The notes under the pieces: generated by a model
The model's database searches: none
The model's input: the letters and a program-made list of their open reading frames with translations, nothing else
What the model was told of the DNA's origin: nothing
Assembly (NCBI GenBank): GCA_963706575.1
Contig: CAVPNL010000001.1
Location: 64,001 to 128,000 of the forward strand
Length of the DNA stretch: 64,000 bases
Origin: an uncultured delta proteobacterium
GTDB lineage: Bacteria > Desulfobacterota > Desulfobacteria > Desulfobacterales > JAHEIW01
Direction: 5' to 3'
Made by a program: the position numbers and the translations under genes
In this document: positions 26,640 to 36,745 of the stretch, piece after piece
Layout: every line of letters starts with the position of its first letter
How positions within the stretch are numbered: position 1 is the first letter of the stretch

Positions 26640-27269
26640 TTGTCAAGATATAAAGATTCGGTTTGTCGGCACTGCCGGCGTGAAAATTTAAAATTGTATC
26701 TTAAGGGAGACCGCTGCTATTCGGATAAATGCGCCTTTGACCGGCGTTCGTATCCGCCCGGACAGCATGGTGAGCGCCGGGGCAGGAAAATTTCTGATTA
26801 CGGAATACAGTTGCGGGAAAAACAGAAAGTCAAAAGAATGTATGGACTTTCTGAAAAACAATTTCACCTGTTTTTTAAGAGGGCTGAGCGCCAGAGAGGT
26901 GCCACCGGAACCAACCTGCTGTCATTATTGGAACGGCGTCTCGACAATGTTGTCTATCGCCTTGGCTTTGCGAATTCTCGCGCTCAGGGGCGCCAGTTTG
27001 TCCTGCACAATCATTTCATGGTCAATGACAAAAAGGTCAACATCCCGTCTTTTTTAGTCAAAGTAGGCGATGCAATTGAAGTAAAGGAAAAGAGCAAAAA
27101 AGTTGCGGCGATCTCCGACTCCATTGAGGCGGTTGTTCGCAGAGGAATTCCGCAATGGTTGGAGCTTGAAAAAGAGAAAAGTAAAGGCGTCGTGAACGGA
27201 TTCCCGGTACGCGAAGACCTTACGATGCCGATTCAAGAGCAGCTGATTGTCGAGCTCTATTCCAAATAG
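26640..27269 (+). CDS. rpsD: 30S ribosomal protein S4
   Basis: CRHCRRE...[11 protein letters not shown]...IVELYSK; TTG start. Confidence 0.99.
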   Translation: MSRYKDSVCRHCRRENLKLYLKGDRCYSDKCAFDRRSYPPGQHGERRGRKISDYGIQLREKQKVKRMYGLSEKQFHLFFKRAERQRGATGTNLLSLLERRLDNVVYRLGFANSRAQGRQFVLHNHFMVNDKKVNIPSFLVKVGDAIEVKEKSKKVAAISDSIEAVVRRGIPQWLELEKEKSKGVVNGFPVREDLTMPIQEQLIVELYSK

Positions 27270-27317
27270 CGGTTGTTGCAGCCAAATCCAAAAACCTTTT
27301 CAACCTGGAGAGAAAAA

Positions 27318-28337
27318 ATGTCATCTGATGAACTGATGTTTATTAACTGGCAACAAATGATCAAGCCAGAAAAAGTTCAGGTTAGCAGTAATCCATCCTA
27401 TGGCAAGTTTGTATGTGAACCATTGGAAAGGGGTTTCGGGATCACGATCGGCAACTCCTTAAGACGGATTATACTGTCTTCGTTATATGGTGCTGCCATT
27501 ACATCGGTAAAGTTTGATGGCGTCATGCATGAATTCAGTGTTATCCCTGGAGTGCTGGAGGACGTGTCCGAAATTATTCTAAATCTCAAAGAAGTTCGTT
27601 TTCGGGTTGCAGACACGGAGCCCAAAAGCGTCCGAATTGAAGCTTCGGGAGAAAGGGAAGTCACCGCCGGCGATATCCTGAGTGATGACGGAAAATGTGA
27701 TGTGCTTAATTCCAAGCACCACATTGCGAGCCTTTCGGAAAAGGGCAAGTTAAACATGACCATGACTGTGAATTACGGAAAAGGTTACTCCCTTGCCGAA
27801 GCAAATAAAGATGAAGAAGCCCCTGCCGGTACAATACCGATTGATGCGGTCTACTCACCGATCAAACGCGTCAATTACGTGGTCGGTAATGCGCGGGTCG
27901 GTCAGCGAACCGATTATGATAAGCTCACATTGGAAATCTGGACCGACGGAAGCCTCCTTCCCGAGGACGCGGTGTCTTTTGCCGCCAAGATCTTAAAAGA
28001 TCAGATGAGTATTTTCATAAACTTTGACGAAGAAATGGAACCGCCGCCCGAGGAAAAATCCAGGGATAAGACCAAGCCAAAGTTTAACGAAAATTTGTAT
28101 CGCAGCGTTGAAGAACTTGAATTATCGGTCCGCAGTGCCAACTGCCTGAAAAATGCAGACATCAACCAGATTTGGCAACTGGTCAGCAAGACCGAAGCAG
28201 AAATGCTCAAGACAAAAAACTTTGGTCGCAAGTCCTTGAACGAAATTAAAGAAGTGTTGTCCGAAATGGAATTGTCGCTCGGGATGAAACTGGAAGGCTT
28301 TATGCCCCCCGAAGAAGACAACGAAGAAGGAGAGTGA
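27318..28337 (+). CDS. rpoA: DNA-directed RNA polymerase alpha subunit
   Basis: [17 protein letters not shown]...[11 protein letters not shown]...NFGRKSL. Confidence 0.99.
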   Translation: MSSDELMFINWQQMIKPEKVQVSSNPSYGKFVCEPLERGFGITIGNSLRRIILSSLYGAAITSVKFDGVMHEFSVIPGVLEDVSEIILNLKEVRFRVADTEPKSVRIEASGEREVTAGDILSDDGKCDVLNSKHHIASLSEKGKLNMTMTVNYGKGYSLAEANKDEEAPAGTIPIDAVYSPIKRVNYVVGNARVGQRTDYDKLTLEIWTDGSLLPEDAVSFAAKILKDQMSIFINFDEEMEPPPEEKSRDKTKPKFNENLYRSVEELELSVRSANCLKNADINQIWQLVSKTEAEMLKTKNFGRKSLNEIKEVLSEMELSLGMKLEGFMPPEEDNEEGE

Positions 28338-28345
28338 TTGGCCGT

Positions 28346-29032
28346 ATGAGACATCGAAAAGCTAGCTTGAAACTAAATCGAACCACGAGTCATCGCCTCG
28401 CGATGTTCCGCAATATGGTCACATCTTTGTTTAAACATGAGCGTATTCGGACAACGGGTCCCAAAGCCAAAGAGTTGCGTCGGCTGGCAGAGCATCTCAT
28501 TACCCTGGCTAAAAGGGGTGACCTGCACGCCAGACGGCAAGCCCTTGCGGTTATCAGAGAAAAAGATGTAGTTCACAAATTGTTTGATGAAGCCAATGAA
28601 AAATTTGGTCATTCCGCCGGAGGGTATACCCGCATTGTCAAGTTGGGCCGACGGGCCGGCGATGCGGCGCCGATGTCGTTGATTGAGCTGATTGTTCCCG
28701 AGGCCGGTGGCAAGAAAAAAACCAAAAAGAAAGGCGCCAAAGCGAAAGCTGCCAAAACAAAAGCGGGCAGCGAAAAGAAAGCCGACGTTAAAGCTCAAGA
28801 TAAAAAGAAATCAGCTAAAAAAGAAGCCACGGCTGAAATGAAGAAAGAGCCGAAAGCAAAAAAGAAAGAGGCGTTAGCGCCTAAGGAAGAAACGGCAAAA
28901 CTGAAAAAGGCTACCGGAAAAAAAGAAGAACCCGAGGTCAAATCAGCAGCAACACAGGAAAAAGACGATTCCGCCGACAAACCTAACAAAGCATCAAAGA
29001 AGAAACCCTCAAAGGAAGAAAAAAAATCTTAA
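28346..29032 (+). CDS. rplQ: 50S ribosomal protein L17 with long Lys/Ala/Glu-rich C-terminal tail
   Basis: MRHRK...GGYTRIVK...GDAAPM, then about 110 low-complexity residues. Confidence 0.97.
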   Translation: MRHRKASLKLNRTTSHRLAMFRNMVTSLFKHERIRTTGPKAKELRRLAEHLITLAKRGDLHARRQALAVIREKDVVHKLFDEANEKFGHSAGGYTRIVKLGRRAGDAAPMSLIELIVPEAGGKKKTKKKGAKAKAAKTKAGSEKKADVKAQDKKKSAKKEATAEMKKEPKAKKKEALAPKEETAKLKKATGKKEEPEVKSAATQEKDDSADKPNKASKKKPSKEEKKS

Positions 29033-29086
29033 ATTAACTCATCTTCGAATCTTCTTTCCAAAAAAAATCTGAAATTATTTCAGCAG

Positions 29087-29116
29087 ACCCTGTCGAACAC
29101 GACGGGGTTTTTTTTT
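29087..29116 (+). terminator. Intrinsic terminator of the alpha operon
   Basis: ACCCTGTCG-AACA-CGACGGGGT followed by a long T run. Confidence 0.85.
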
Positions 29117-29296
29117 GGGGTTTTTCGCTTGAATCAGGATAGAACCCATCTCAATCCGCGGCGGACTGCGTGTTCCTTAGGACTTTTAAAACTTTCATGG
29201 GCGCATTAAATTTGATAAAACCCCGGCTCTTGATTTATTAGCGGCGTTTCGGATATATAAATTCAATTCAACTGGATTCAAAAGGGGGGAGGGGGG

Positions 29297-30724
29297 ATGA
29301 ACGACCTATCCGATTCCATAAAGCCAAAAGCTTTTGTGTTGAGCAATGCCCAGGTTGAAAAAATCCATGGCGCCACGTTGGGTTTGTTGGAACATACCGG
29401 CATAAAAATGCAACACGCGGAAGCCATAGAAATTTTGGACGGTGCAGGGGTGCGTGTCGAAAAGGACCGAATTTACTTGCCTGCTGCCATCATCGATGAA
29501 GCACTTGGCAATTCTCCTTCACGTGTGGTTTTAGGTCGCAGAAACTATGAAGATTCTGTCATTTTAGAAGGAGATCGCACCTGGTTTGGTCCCTGCCTGG
29601 ATTGTATTAATTATTTGGATCCGATCACCAATGAACGTCGGGCTTTTACCTCTGAAGACTGCCGGATAAATGCATCCATTGCCGACGGGCTGGCCAATTT
29701 TACTTGGGTAATGACCCTGGGGCTGGCTGATGATGTACCCCCCAGTATCGCTGATCGTGTCATTGCCCGGCAGGCGCTAACCTATTGTGAAAAACCACTG
29801 GCCTTCTGTTGCCAGGGTCTCGATAGCACCCGGGACATTTATGAAATGTCACTCGTGATTTCCGGGAATGAAAAGCATTTTAAGCGGGCACCCAACATCG
29901 CTACGATCTTAAGTCCGACTTCACCGCTCTCCCTATCCGAGGTTACGATCGATAGATTATTGTTTTGTGTTGAAAAAGAGATACCTGTTATTGTTTGCCC
30001 AGCACCTTCGGCCGGCAGCACCGGCCCGGCAACATTCGCTGGAACCATTGTGCAGGCAAATGCTGAATCGCTAAGCTGCCTGGTCATTGCCCAAATTCTC
30101 CGTCCGGGTTTCCCTATCATTTATGGCGCCATGCCCAGCATAATGGACATGGCAACGACCATTTTTTCATACGGTGCTCCTGAATTAAGCATAATGTCGG
30201 CCGCTTTTTGCCAGATAGTAAAACATTATCAATTGCCATTTTTTGGGACAGGCGGGTGTTCTGATGCCAAATATGTCGATGCGCAGGCTGCAGTAGAAGC
30301 AACATTTTCCTTGTTGAGCTCATCACTGAGCGGGGCCAACATGATACACGACTGCGGTATCCTCGATCATGGATCGGTGGCTTCTCCGGCTTATAATGTG
30401 CTTATCGATGAGGTGCTCGGTATGGTCAAAAGTTACGAGCAGGGAATCGTCTTAGACGACGACACCCTGGCACTTGACGTGGTTGACCGTGTCGGGCCCG
30501 GGGGTCACTTCCTCGATGAGGAGCACACATTGAATCATTTTCGGGATGTATGGTATCCACAATTGTTTGAAAGAAGCGATTATGATCGCTGGCTTGAAAA
30601 GGGCGCAAAACATTTTGAAGAAAGGTTGCTTGAAAAAACGAAGCAGGCAATGGCGTATGTGCCCACACCGCTGCCGCCGGAGGTTCTGAGAGAGCTCGAC
30701 CGGTTGGCGAAGCACTGGAAATAG
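29297..30724 (+). CDS. Trimethylamine:corrinoid methyltransferase (MttB) superfamily protein, non-pyrrolysine
   Basis: IHGATL.LLEHTG, SPTSPL, GPATFAGTIVQANAE, GAPE, GGCSDAK.VDAQA, VGPGGHFL. Confidence 0.9.
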   Translation: MNDLSDSIKPKAFVLSNAQVEKIHGATLGLLEHTGIKMQHAEAIEILDGAGVRVEKDRIYLPAAIIDEALGNSPSRVVLGRRNYEDSVILEGDRTWFGPCLDCINYLDPITNERRAFTSEDCRINASIADGLANFTWVMTLGLADDVPPSIADRVIARQALTYCEKPLAFCCQGLDSTRDIYEMSLVISGNEKHFKRAPNIATILSPTSPLSLSEVTIDRLLFCVEKEIPVIVCPAPSAGSTGPATFAGTIVQANAESLSCLVIAQILRPGFPIIYGAMPSIMDMATTIFSYGAPELSIMSAAFCQIVKHYQLPFFGTGGCSDAKYVDAQAAVEATFSLLSSSLSGANMIHDCGILDHGSVASPAYNVLIDEVLGMVKSYEQGIVLDDDTLALDVVDRVGPGGHFLDEEHTLNHFRDVWYPQLFERSDYDRWLEKGAKHFEERLLEKTKQAMAYVPTPLPPEVLRELDRLAKHWK

Positions 30725-30732
30725 ATAAAAAA

Positions 30733-31011
30733 ATGAAAGTAAACATCATGTTCTGCGGCCCACTGGCGCGTTACGCCGGAATTGAAAAGGCCCGGATCGA
30801 ACTTTCTGAAATCGCCCGTTTCGAAGACCTTTTGTCTGAAATCGGACGCCAGTATGGCTCAAATATGCCGCCCCTCATATGGGATGCAGACCGGGACCGC
30901 TTCACCCACCACGTGCTCGCGGTGAAAGGATTTAAACATTTAACCGATTTAAAGGAACCACTGAATAAGAGGGAAGAAATAAGGTTCTATCTTGTAATGC
31001 TGGGCGGCTAA
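30733..31011 (+). CDS. MoaD/ThiS-family ubiquitin-like protein
   Basis: 92 aa, beta-grasp-like start MKVNIMFCGPL, C-terminal GG. Confidence 0.75.
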   Translation: MKVNIMFCGPLARYAGIEKARIELSEIARFEDLLSEIGRQYGSNMPPLIWDADRDRFTHHVLAVKGFKHLTDLKEPLNKREEIRFYLVMLGG

Positions 31012-31056
31012 ATCACACAGGATAAAACCGATATAATCTATCATTGTTTCAAGCCG

Positions 31057-32196
31057 ATGGAGAAGACCAAAATGGTTAACGTTAGAAAAGCAGCGGTGGT
31101 TGTCATTGGCGGTGGCATCATGGGGTGTTCTACCGCGTACGAACTGGCCAAAAAGGGGCAATCCGTCATTCTGCTGGAAAAAGGTTTCGTTGGTGCTGAA
31201 GCCTCTGGAAGAAATGGCGGGGGAGTGCGCCAGCAAAAGCGTGATCCGGCGGAGTTGCCGCTGGCCATGGAATCTGTGAAAATCTGGCAAGGGTTGCAGG
31301 ATGAATTGCAGTGGGACCTTGAATACCGGCAAGGCGGTAACATTCATATTCTTGGGAATCCCGACCGTTATGATTTTTTTGTCGAACAACTTCGATATTC
31401 CCAGGAAGCCGGCCTGGATGTACGCTTGCTGAGCCCTGAACAGACCCATAAAGTGCTTCCGACCCTGAGAAGGGGTCTGGATCTGCTTGGATCCACTTAT
31501 TGCCCGTCGGACGGAAATGCCAATCCGCTATTCGTGTGCAAGGCATATGCTAAAGCGGCGCAACAGCTGGGTGCCGAGATCAGAGAGCATGAACCCTTGG
31601 AGCGATTGGCGGTCAAATCCGGCCGAGTGATTGCCGCTGTGACGGCCCAGGCCGAATACAGGGCATCGGATTTCGTTATTGCCGCCGGTGCGTGGTCGAG
31701 GCCAATTTGTCATCAAATCGGTTTGAATTTTCCGGTCCAGGTTAAACGGTCTCAACTCATGGTGACCGAGCCGCTGCCCCCGGTTTTCACTGAATTTGTC
31801 AGCGCCGATCAATGCAGTAGTTATTTCCGCCAGGCGTTAAGCGGCGGAATACACATCGGCATCCCAAGTGCCCCCATCGAGGACCATAATAAATCGACAA
31901 GTTATGATGCCTTTAAAATTGCAGGGCAAAGCTGCATGACACTTTTGCCTTTTCTCGAGAAAGTCAACATTGTTCATAGCTGGGCTGGGCTGACCAACTG
32001 GACCCCCGATGCGGTATGTATCATCGACAAGGCCCCCAATGTAGAAAACTTTTATTTGACCGGAGGGAATTCGGGTCACGGTTTTTGCCTGGGTCCGATT
32101 ACGGGAAGGCTACTAGCGGAATGGATCGTTGATGGCGCACCCTCCATGGATTTGTCGGCGGTGCGCTGGACACGATTTGACGATATTTATCTTTGA
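31057..32196 (+). CDS. FAD-dependent amino acid/amine oxidoreductase (DadA/SoxB/HcnC-like)
   Basis: VIGGGIMG, ASGRNGGGVR, TPD, GNSGHGFCLGP. Confidence 0.9.
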   Translation: MEKTKMVNVRKAAVVVIGGGIMGCSTAYELAKKGQSVILLEKGFVGAEASGRNGGGVRQQKRDPAELPLAMESVKIWQGLQDELQWDLEYRQGGNIHILGNPDRYDFFVEQLRYSQEAGLDVRLLSPEQTHKVLPTLRRGLDLLGSTYCPSDGNANPLFVCKAYAKAAQQLGAEIREHEPLERLAVKSGRVIAAVTAQAEYRASDFVIAAGAWSRPICHQIGLNFPVQVKRSQLMVTEPLPPVFTEFVSADQCSSYFRQALSGGIHIGIPSAPIEDHNKSTSYDAFKIAGQSCMTLLPFLEKVNIVHSWAGLTNWTPDAVCIIDKAPNVENFYLTGGNSGHGFCLGPITGRLLAEWIVDGAPSMDLSAVRWTRFDDIYL

Positions 32197-32231
32197 TTGA
32201 AGATATCCTTATTGAATATTAGGGAGATAGT

Positions 32232-32546
32232 ATGACACAGGACTTGAGAATATGGAAGGATGTGCAACGCGGCCAGGCCTTTAAGATCGAAGTCGATGGT
32301 GTAGCGGTTGTGGCTTATGAAGGGGAGACGGTCGCTGCAGCCCTCATGGCAGCCGGCATACGGACAACCAACAGGACGGTTCGGGGAGAAGCGCCCCGTG
32401 GGGTTTGTTGCGGCATTGGTCTGTGTTACGGCTGTGCGATGGTCATTGATGGCGTGCCCAATACCCGGACATGTCAGACGCTGGCGCGGCCCGGGATGCG
32501 CTTGGAAACCCAGAAAGGCTTGCGGGGATGGGAGGTGGCAGAGTGA
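32232..32546 (+). CDS. [2Fe-2S] small subunit (HcnA-like)
   Basis: GETVAAAL...PRGVCCGIGLCYGC...TC. Confidence 0.88.
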   Translation: MTQDLRIWKDVQRGQAFKIEVDGVAVVAYEGETVAAALMAAGIRTTNRTVRGEAPRGVCCGIGLCYGCAMVIDGVPNTRTCQTLARPGMRLETQKGLRGWEVAE

Positions 32547-33970
32547 AAAATCCTGAATTGATCATCATCGGTGCGGGGCCCGGTGGAATCGCCGCTGCAG
32601 TTGAAGCCGCAAGGGCAGGGGTAAGCGTCAAAATTTTAGATGAGAATCCGAAACCCGGTGGCCGGATTTACAGCCAGCTCAACGACGGGTTCAAACTGGT
32701 AAATCCCGGGTTTCTGGGCCCGGATTATGAAAAGGGAAAAGCGCTTTTTACTGAGTTCGACGCTTTTCGCGAAAAGATCGATTACCTGCATGATGCTTTA
32801 GTATTCGGTATATTTGAAAACCGGGTCATGGCCTATCATCAAGCGGGTATAGGACAGCGCCTATCGTTTAACAAGCTTATTGTGGCCACCGGTGCTTACG
32901 ACCGACCGGTTCCATTCCCGGGCTGGACCCTGCCGGGTGTCTTGACCGCTGGAGGGGCCCAGACCCTGGTCAAAATGCAAAGGGTGTTGCCGGGCAGAAA
33001 TATTCTTTTTGCCGGCACGGGGCCATTGCAGCTGGTTGTAGCCACCCAGGTCCTGGATGGTGGCGGAACGGTTGAGGCCATCCTGGAGGCCGGTGCAATC
33101 AATAACTGGCTCAAATTACTAAAAGGATTCAGCCGCAATTGGGGGCTTTTGACCGATGGACTGCAATACATGCGCGCCATACGAAAAGCGGGTGTGCCCC
33201 TGTTGCGCAAGCATATCATATTGGAGGCCCGCGGAGACAATCAGGTGGAGGAGGCCGTTATTGCGGAGGTGGACAAGGACTGGCGCGCCATTGAAAAAAC
33301 GCGCCGTACCCTTAAGGTTGATACGATATGCCTCGGTTATGGTCTTGTGCCTTCGGTTGAACTGACGCGGTTGGTGGATTGTCAGCACAGATATGCGCCT
33401 GATCTGGGGGGCTGGATTCCGGCACGAAATGAGGACATGGAAACATCTGTGCCGGGCGTGTTTGCCGTGGGTGACGGCGCCGGCGTAGCCGGCAGCGCCA
33501 TGGCCATGTTTGAAGGAAGAATCGCCGGTATCTCCACCGCCCAATCCCTCGGTTATATTTCACCCGGGGAAGCCCGCAAGCGGAAAAAGCCCTATCTGAA
33601 TAACATGAAAAAAGTGGGGCGTTTGCGGGATGCCCTTAATCGGATATCTTACCCCCGAGCGGGCCTATTTGAACTCGCCAATGATGATACCATTATCTGT
33701 CGATGCGAAGAATTAACACTGGGGGATATTAAAAGCGCCATCAGCAAAGGCACCATCGAAATGAACGAGTTAAAGCGCATGACCCGCATGGGTATGGGTC
33801 GCTGTCAAGGCAGGATGTGCGCGCCGGCCGTCCAGGAAATCATCGCCAGACAGACCCAAACCCCGGCAGCCGAAATCGGGTATCTCAACCAGCGGCCGCC
33901 AACAAAGTTGGTTCCGATTCATGTATTGGAATCTTTGCCGGGAGAATTTGAGATTCGACATGGTTGGTAG
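32543..33970 (+). CDS. NAD(P)/FAD oxidoreductase with BFD-like [2Fe-2S] domain (HcnB/OoxA-like)
   Basis: IIGAGPGG, ATGAYDRPVPFPGWTLPGV, ICRCEE, GMGRCQGRMC; GTG start overlaps the upstream TGA. Confidence 0.9.
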   Translation: MKNPELIIIGAGPGGIAAAVEAARAGVSVKILDENPKPGGRIYSQLNDGFKLVNPGFLGPDYEKGKALFTEFDAFREKIDYLHDALVFGIFENRVMAYHQAGIGQRLSFNKLIVATGAYDRPVPFPGWTLPGVLTAGGAQTLVKMQRVLPGRNILFAGTGPLQLVVATQVLDGGGTVEAILEAGAINNWLKLLKGFSRNWGLLTDGLQYMRAIRKAGVPLLRKHIILEARGDNQVEEAVIAEVDKDWRAIEKTRRTLKVDTICLGYGLVPSVELTRLVDCQHRYAPDLGGWIPARNEDMETSVPGVFAVGDGAGVAGSAMAMFEGRIAGISTAQSLGYISPGEARKRKKPYLNNMKKVGRLRDALNRISYPRAGLFELANDDTIICRCEELTLGDIKSAISKGTIEMNELKRMTRMGMGRCQGRMCAPAVQEIIARQTQTPAAEIGYLNQRPPTKLVPIHVLESLPGEFEIRHGW

Positions 33971-33975
33971 GTTGA

Positions 33976-34260
33976 TTATTCAAGTAGAGAACGGCTAATG
34001 ACAATGTTTTGAATGGACGTTGCGTCCGACCCTGCATTGGGTTCCGTCAATAAAAACGCTCCAATGGCTTCACCGGACATCAATTTGCCCAGGTTTCGGT
34101 CGCGAAGCGCTTTATTCACGATAAGGGAGGCCGCAATCGTCACAACGTTATGAACCGCCAGGGCACAGGTAAACCCGATATCGATCTTGGCCAATTCTTC
34201 ATAAACACGTGCAATGGTGGCCGCCGAACTCCCGTTCCCTTCAAATCCTTTATGTTTTCT
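33976..34260 (-). pseudogene. Acyl-CoA dehydrogenase gene fragment
   Basis: GFEGNGSSAATIARVYEELAKIDIGFTCALAVHN...GEAIGAFLLTEPNAGSDA then an early stop; no N- or C-terminal domains. Confidence 0.8.
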
Positions 34261-34277
34261 AAGGCATCCATCGTATA

Positions 34278-35240
34278 TTACGACAGATTCTCTAACGCTT
34301 CTCTTGCGGCCTCTTTGACTTCTGCCGCATATTCTCCTTTCAATATGCTTTCCAGCAGAGGCGCTGTTTCAATTGGCGTCATTTGACCCAAAATATACAC
34401 GAGATCTCCCTTTACCCGATTATCAACTTTATCAAACCGCTGCCACAGGGGGTTGATGGTTTGAGCCGCCAGGTCGGGATTTTTCTCGATGAGTTCCTCC
34501 ATCACTACCATCGCACCCAAACGAACCGGCCACTTTGTATGGATCAAAAGCTTATAAAAGGCAGGAAAGATTTCTGCTTTGTTCAGCATCATTTCTGTGA
34601 GTTGACCGGCTTTGCCCTCCTTTAGCATCATTTCCAAAGAGGCCGGCCCTAAAACACTGGGATCGCGGTTTACCATCATCTCAATGATCTCGTTGAGTTG
34701 AATCGTTCCGGTCCAGCGGAATTGTCCTTCTAAAATCAAGGTGGGCACGGATTGAATGCTGTCTTTTTCGGCAAGTTCGGGAAAATGCATCGCGTCGACA
34801 ACCGTTAATCGAATGTTGGGGTTCAAACTTAACAGCGGAAGCAGCTGTTGTACGGCGCCCGGGCAGAATGTGCACTGGGGCGAGACGTAAATAACCAGAT
34901 GGGTTGGCAAATCTATTTGGGTCAACCCGGTCGTTGCTGCCCCCTCAATCTGAGTTGCCTCCCTATCTTTCAATTGAAGGGCTTCAATAAACGGTCCGAC
35001 CTCGGTGCCCGCAGGAATTGCCTGGTACCGCAATCCATTGTGAACCTGGATAGCCGGAACCTCATCCGGATCTCCCTCTTCTTTTTTGACAAGAATTTTC
35101 GGTACCCGTTGAACAAGATCGTCGCAAAATTGCCTCATTGCGGGGCTTTTCTCATGGTCGGATTCAATGAGCTCGATCTGGATTTCTTTTGATAAACTTT
35201 CATTCAGAGCCGCAAACTGCTTTTTTTCGGCAGGCGTCAT
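34278..35240 (-). CDS. Thioredoxin-fold protein (AhpF-NTD/PDO-like) with C-terminal HEAT-like repeats
   Basis: SPQCTFCP, IQSVPT cis-Pro loop; helical C-terminus WPVRLGAM...VKEAAREAL. Confidence 0.75.
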   Translation of the reverse strand: MTPAEKKQFAALNESLSKEIQIELIESDHEKSPAMRQFCDDLVQRVPKILVKKEEGDPDEVPAIQVHNGLRYQAIPAGTEVGPFIEALQLKDREATQIEGAATTGLTQIDLPTHLVIYVSPQCTFCPGAVQQLLPLLSLNPNIRLTVVDAMHFPELAEKDSIQSVPTLILEGQFRWTGTIQLNEIIEMMVNRDPSVLGPASLEMMLKEGKAGQLTEMMLNKAEIFPAFYKLLIHTKWPVRLGAMVVMEELIEKNPDLAAQTINPLWQRFDKVDNRVKGDLVYILGQMTPIETAPLLESILKGEYAAEVKEAAREALENLS

Positions 35241-35248
35241 TTATTCTC

Positions 35249-35321
35249 GGTTCAGGGTTCAGGGTTCAGGGTTTAGGGTTCAGGGTTTAGGGTTCAGGGT
35301 TCAGAGGTTCAAGGTTTAAGG
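35249..35321. repeat. Heptamer tandem repeat (GGGTTCA/GGGTTTA)n
   Basis: About 10 units, with seven GGG tracts spaced 7 nt apart. Confidence 0.95.
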
Positions 35322-35577
35322 ATTTGTTAAATTAGTTTTATTGGTCTCATTGGTTGAATCGGTTGGTTTGAACTCAACCAATTGAACTTATTAAACCAAT
35401 CAAACCAATATAACGTGCGGGTGAAACCCGCAATCTTTATTACATGGGGCCTTGCAATGCAAGCTAAAATTCATAGTCTAGGTTTGAATAAAATGATTGA
35501 ATAATTATTCGATCTGTTCAATTATCAATTCAAGGCATTCCTTGACTTGTCGTTTTTTATGATGATATAGGCCATTA

Positions 35578-35723
35578 TAGAACCCTACTCAAAAATGTCT
35601 TTGGGCCCAATATCTTTGTTGGTGCCTCGTTTAAAATCCTCAACATACAACAGTATGCCTGCGGTTTTAAACTCGGCCCCGCCGCGATCTTGAACCAAAA
35701 TCCTATTTTTGAGTAGGGTTCTA
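35578..35723. mobile_element. MITE, 146 bp
   Basis: Perfect 19-bp TIR TAGAACCCTACTCAAAAAT/ATTTTTGAGTAGGGTTCTA; interior shared with 49312-49514. Confidence 0.8.
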
Positions 35724-35785
35724 AGAATAATCGATCCGGCTTTGCGGTCTATCGAAGCCTTCGGCAGAAAGGAGAAATCGAGGTT

Positions 35786-36280
35786 ATGGATTCTGAAAGT
35801 CTGTTGAAAGATAAAATTGTATTGGCGGTGGATGATGAGGTCGATGTTACCGATACCATCGTAGAGGTTTTGGACATGTGCCTGGTGCGGAAAGCCAATG
35901 ATTATGAAACCGCCCGTCAGCTTTTGATGAGTTACACGTTTGATATTGTCATCCTGGATATCATGGGCGTAAATGGCTTCGAACTTTTAAAGACCTCTGT
36001 CAAACGGGGGTTCCCCACCGTAATGCTGACCGCCTATGCATTGACACCGGAGGCCCTCGAAAAATCGATTAAACTGGGTGCGGTTTCCTTCCTGCCAAAG
36101 GAAAAAATGAGCGACCTGGACGAATTCTTGGCCGATGTGGTCCTGAAAGGCGGGCAACCGGTCTGGGGCAAGCTCTTTGATAAACTCGGCGATTTTTTCA
36201 ATAAACGCTTCGGGCCGGACTGGAAACAGCGCAACCAATTTTTCGAAGACTTCGAGCAATCCATCAAATCGGAAAAATAG
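35786..36280 (+). CDS. Response regulator receiver protein with Trp/Phe-rich C-terminal extension
   Basis: AVDDE...ILDIMG...MLTA...FLPK. Confidence 0.9.
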   Translation: MDSESLLKDKIVLAVDDEVDVTDTIVEVLDMCLVRKANDYETARQLLMSYTFDIVILDIMGVNGFELLKTSVKRGFPTVMLTAYALTPEALEKSIKLGAVSFLPKEKMSDLDEFLADVVLKGGQPVWGKLFDKLGDFFNKRFGPDWKQRNQFFEDFEQSIKSEK

Positions 36281-36319
36281 GTTGAGTCCGGATAGAACAA
36301 GACCTGTTTTCGCTTAATT

Positions 36320-36745
36320 ATGAAACTATCCAAGCAACAGATCAAAGAGACGCTCATATGCTGGAATGCGGCCTGGGATACCCACGATCTGGATGGCGTC
36401 ATGGCGCTTTTTCATAAAGACGTCTTATTTGAGAATTGGACAGGTGGTAAGGTCAAAGGAAAAGCGTCTTTGCGCAAGGCCTGGGCGCCCTGGTTTGAAA
36501 AACATGGCGGATTTCGATTCATCCCTGAAGATACCTTCATCGATGAAGCGGAGCAGAAGGCTCTTTATCGCTGGCAGCTCCAATGGCCGTCCCTTGAAGA
36601 AGGCTATGAAGGCCACCCCGAAACTCGCAGGGGTGTGGACGTGATCCACTTCCAAGACGGAAAAATCATCAAAAAACTGACCTATTCTAAAACCACCATC
36701 GAGATCGACGGCCAAAGGCGCCAACTTTTCGTTTCGGGGGCTTAA
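36320..36745 (+). CDS. NTF2/SnoaL-like protein
   Basis: WNAAWDTHDLDGVMALF...RGVDVIHFQDGKI. Confidence 0.85.
   Translation: MKLSKQQIKETLICWNAAWDTHDLDGVMALFHKDVLFENWTGGKVKGKASLRKAWAPWFEKHGGFRFIPEDTFIDEAEQKALYRWQLQWPSLEEGYEGHPETRRGVDVIHFQDGKIIKKLTYSKTTIEIDGQRRQLFVSGA

Noticed and set aside
29297..30724. Pyrrolysine-containing TMA methyltransferase
   Set aside because: No in-frame TAG; the expected position is a Cys codon, and no pyl genes are in the window.
31057..33970. Hydrogen cyanide synthase
   Set aside because: The architecture is shared with opine, proline and sarcosine oxidases; the context favours amine catabolism and nothing specifies HCN.
35249..35321. Eukaryotic telomere contamination
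   Set aside because: Short, mostly GGGTTCA, embedded in a bacterial spacer and similar to other heptamer arrays in the window.
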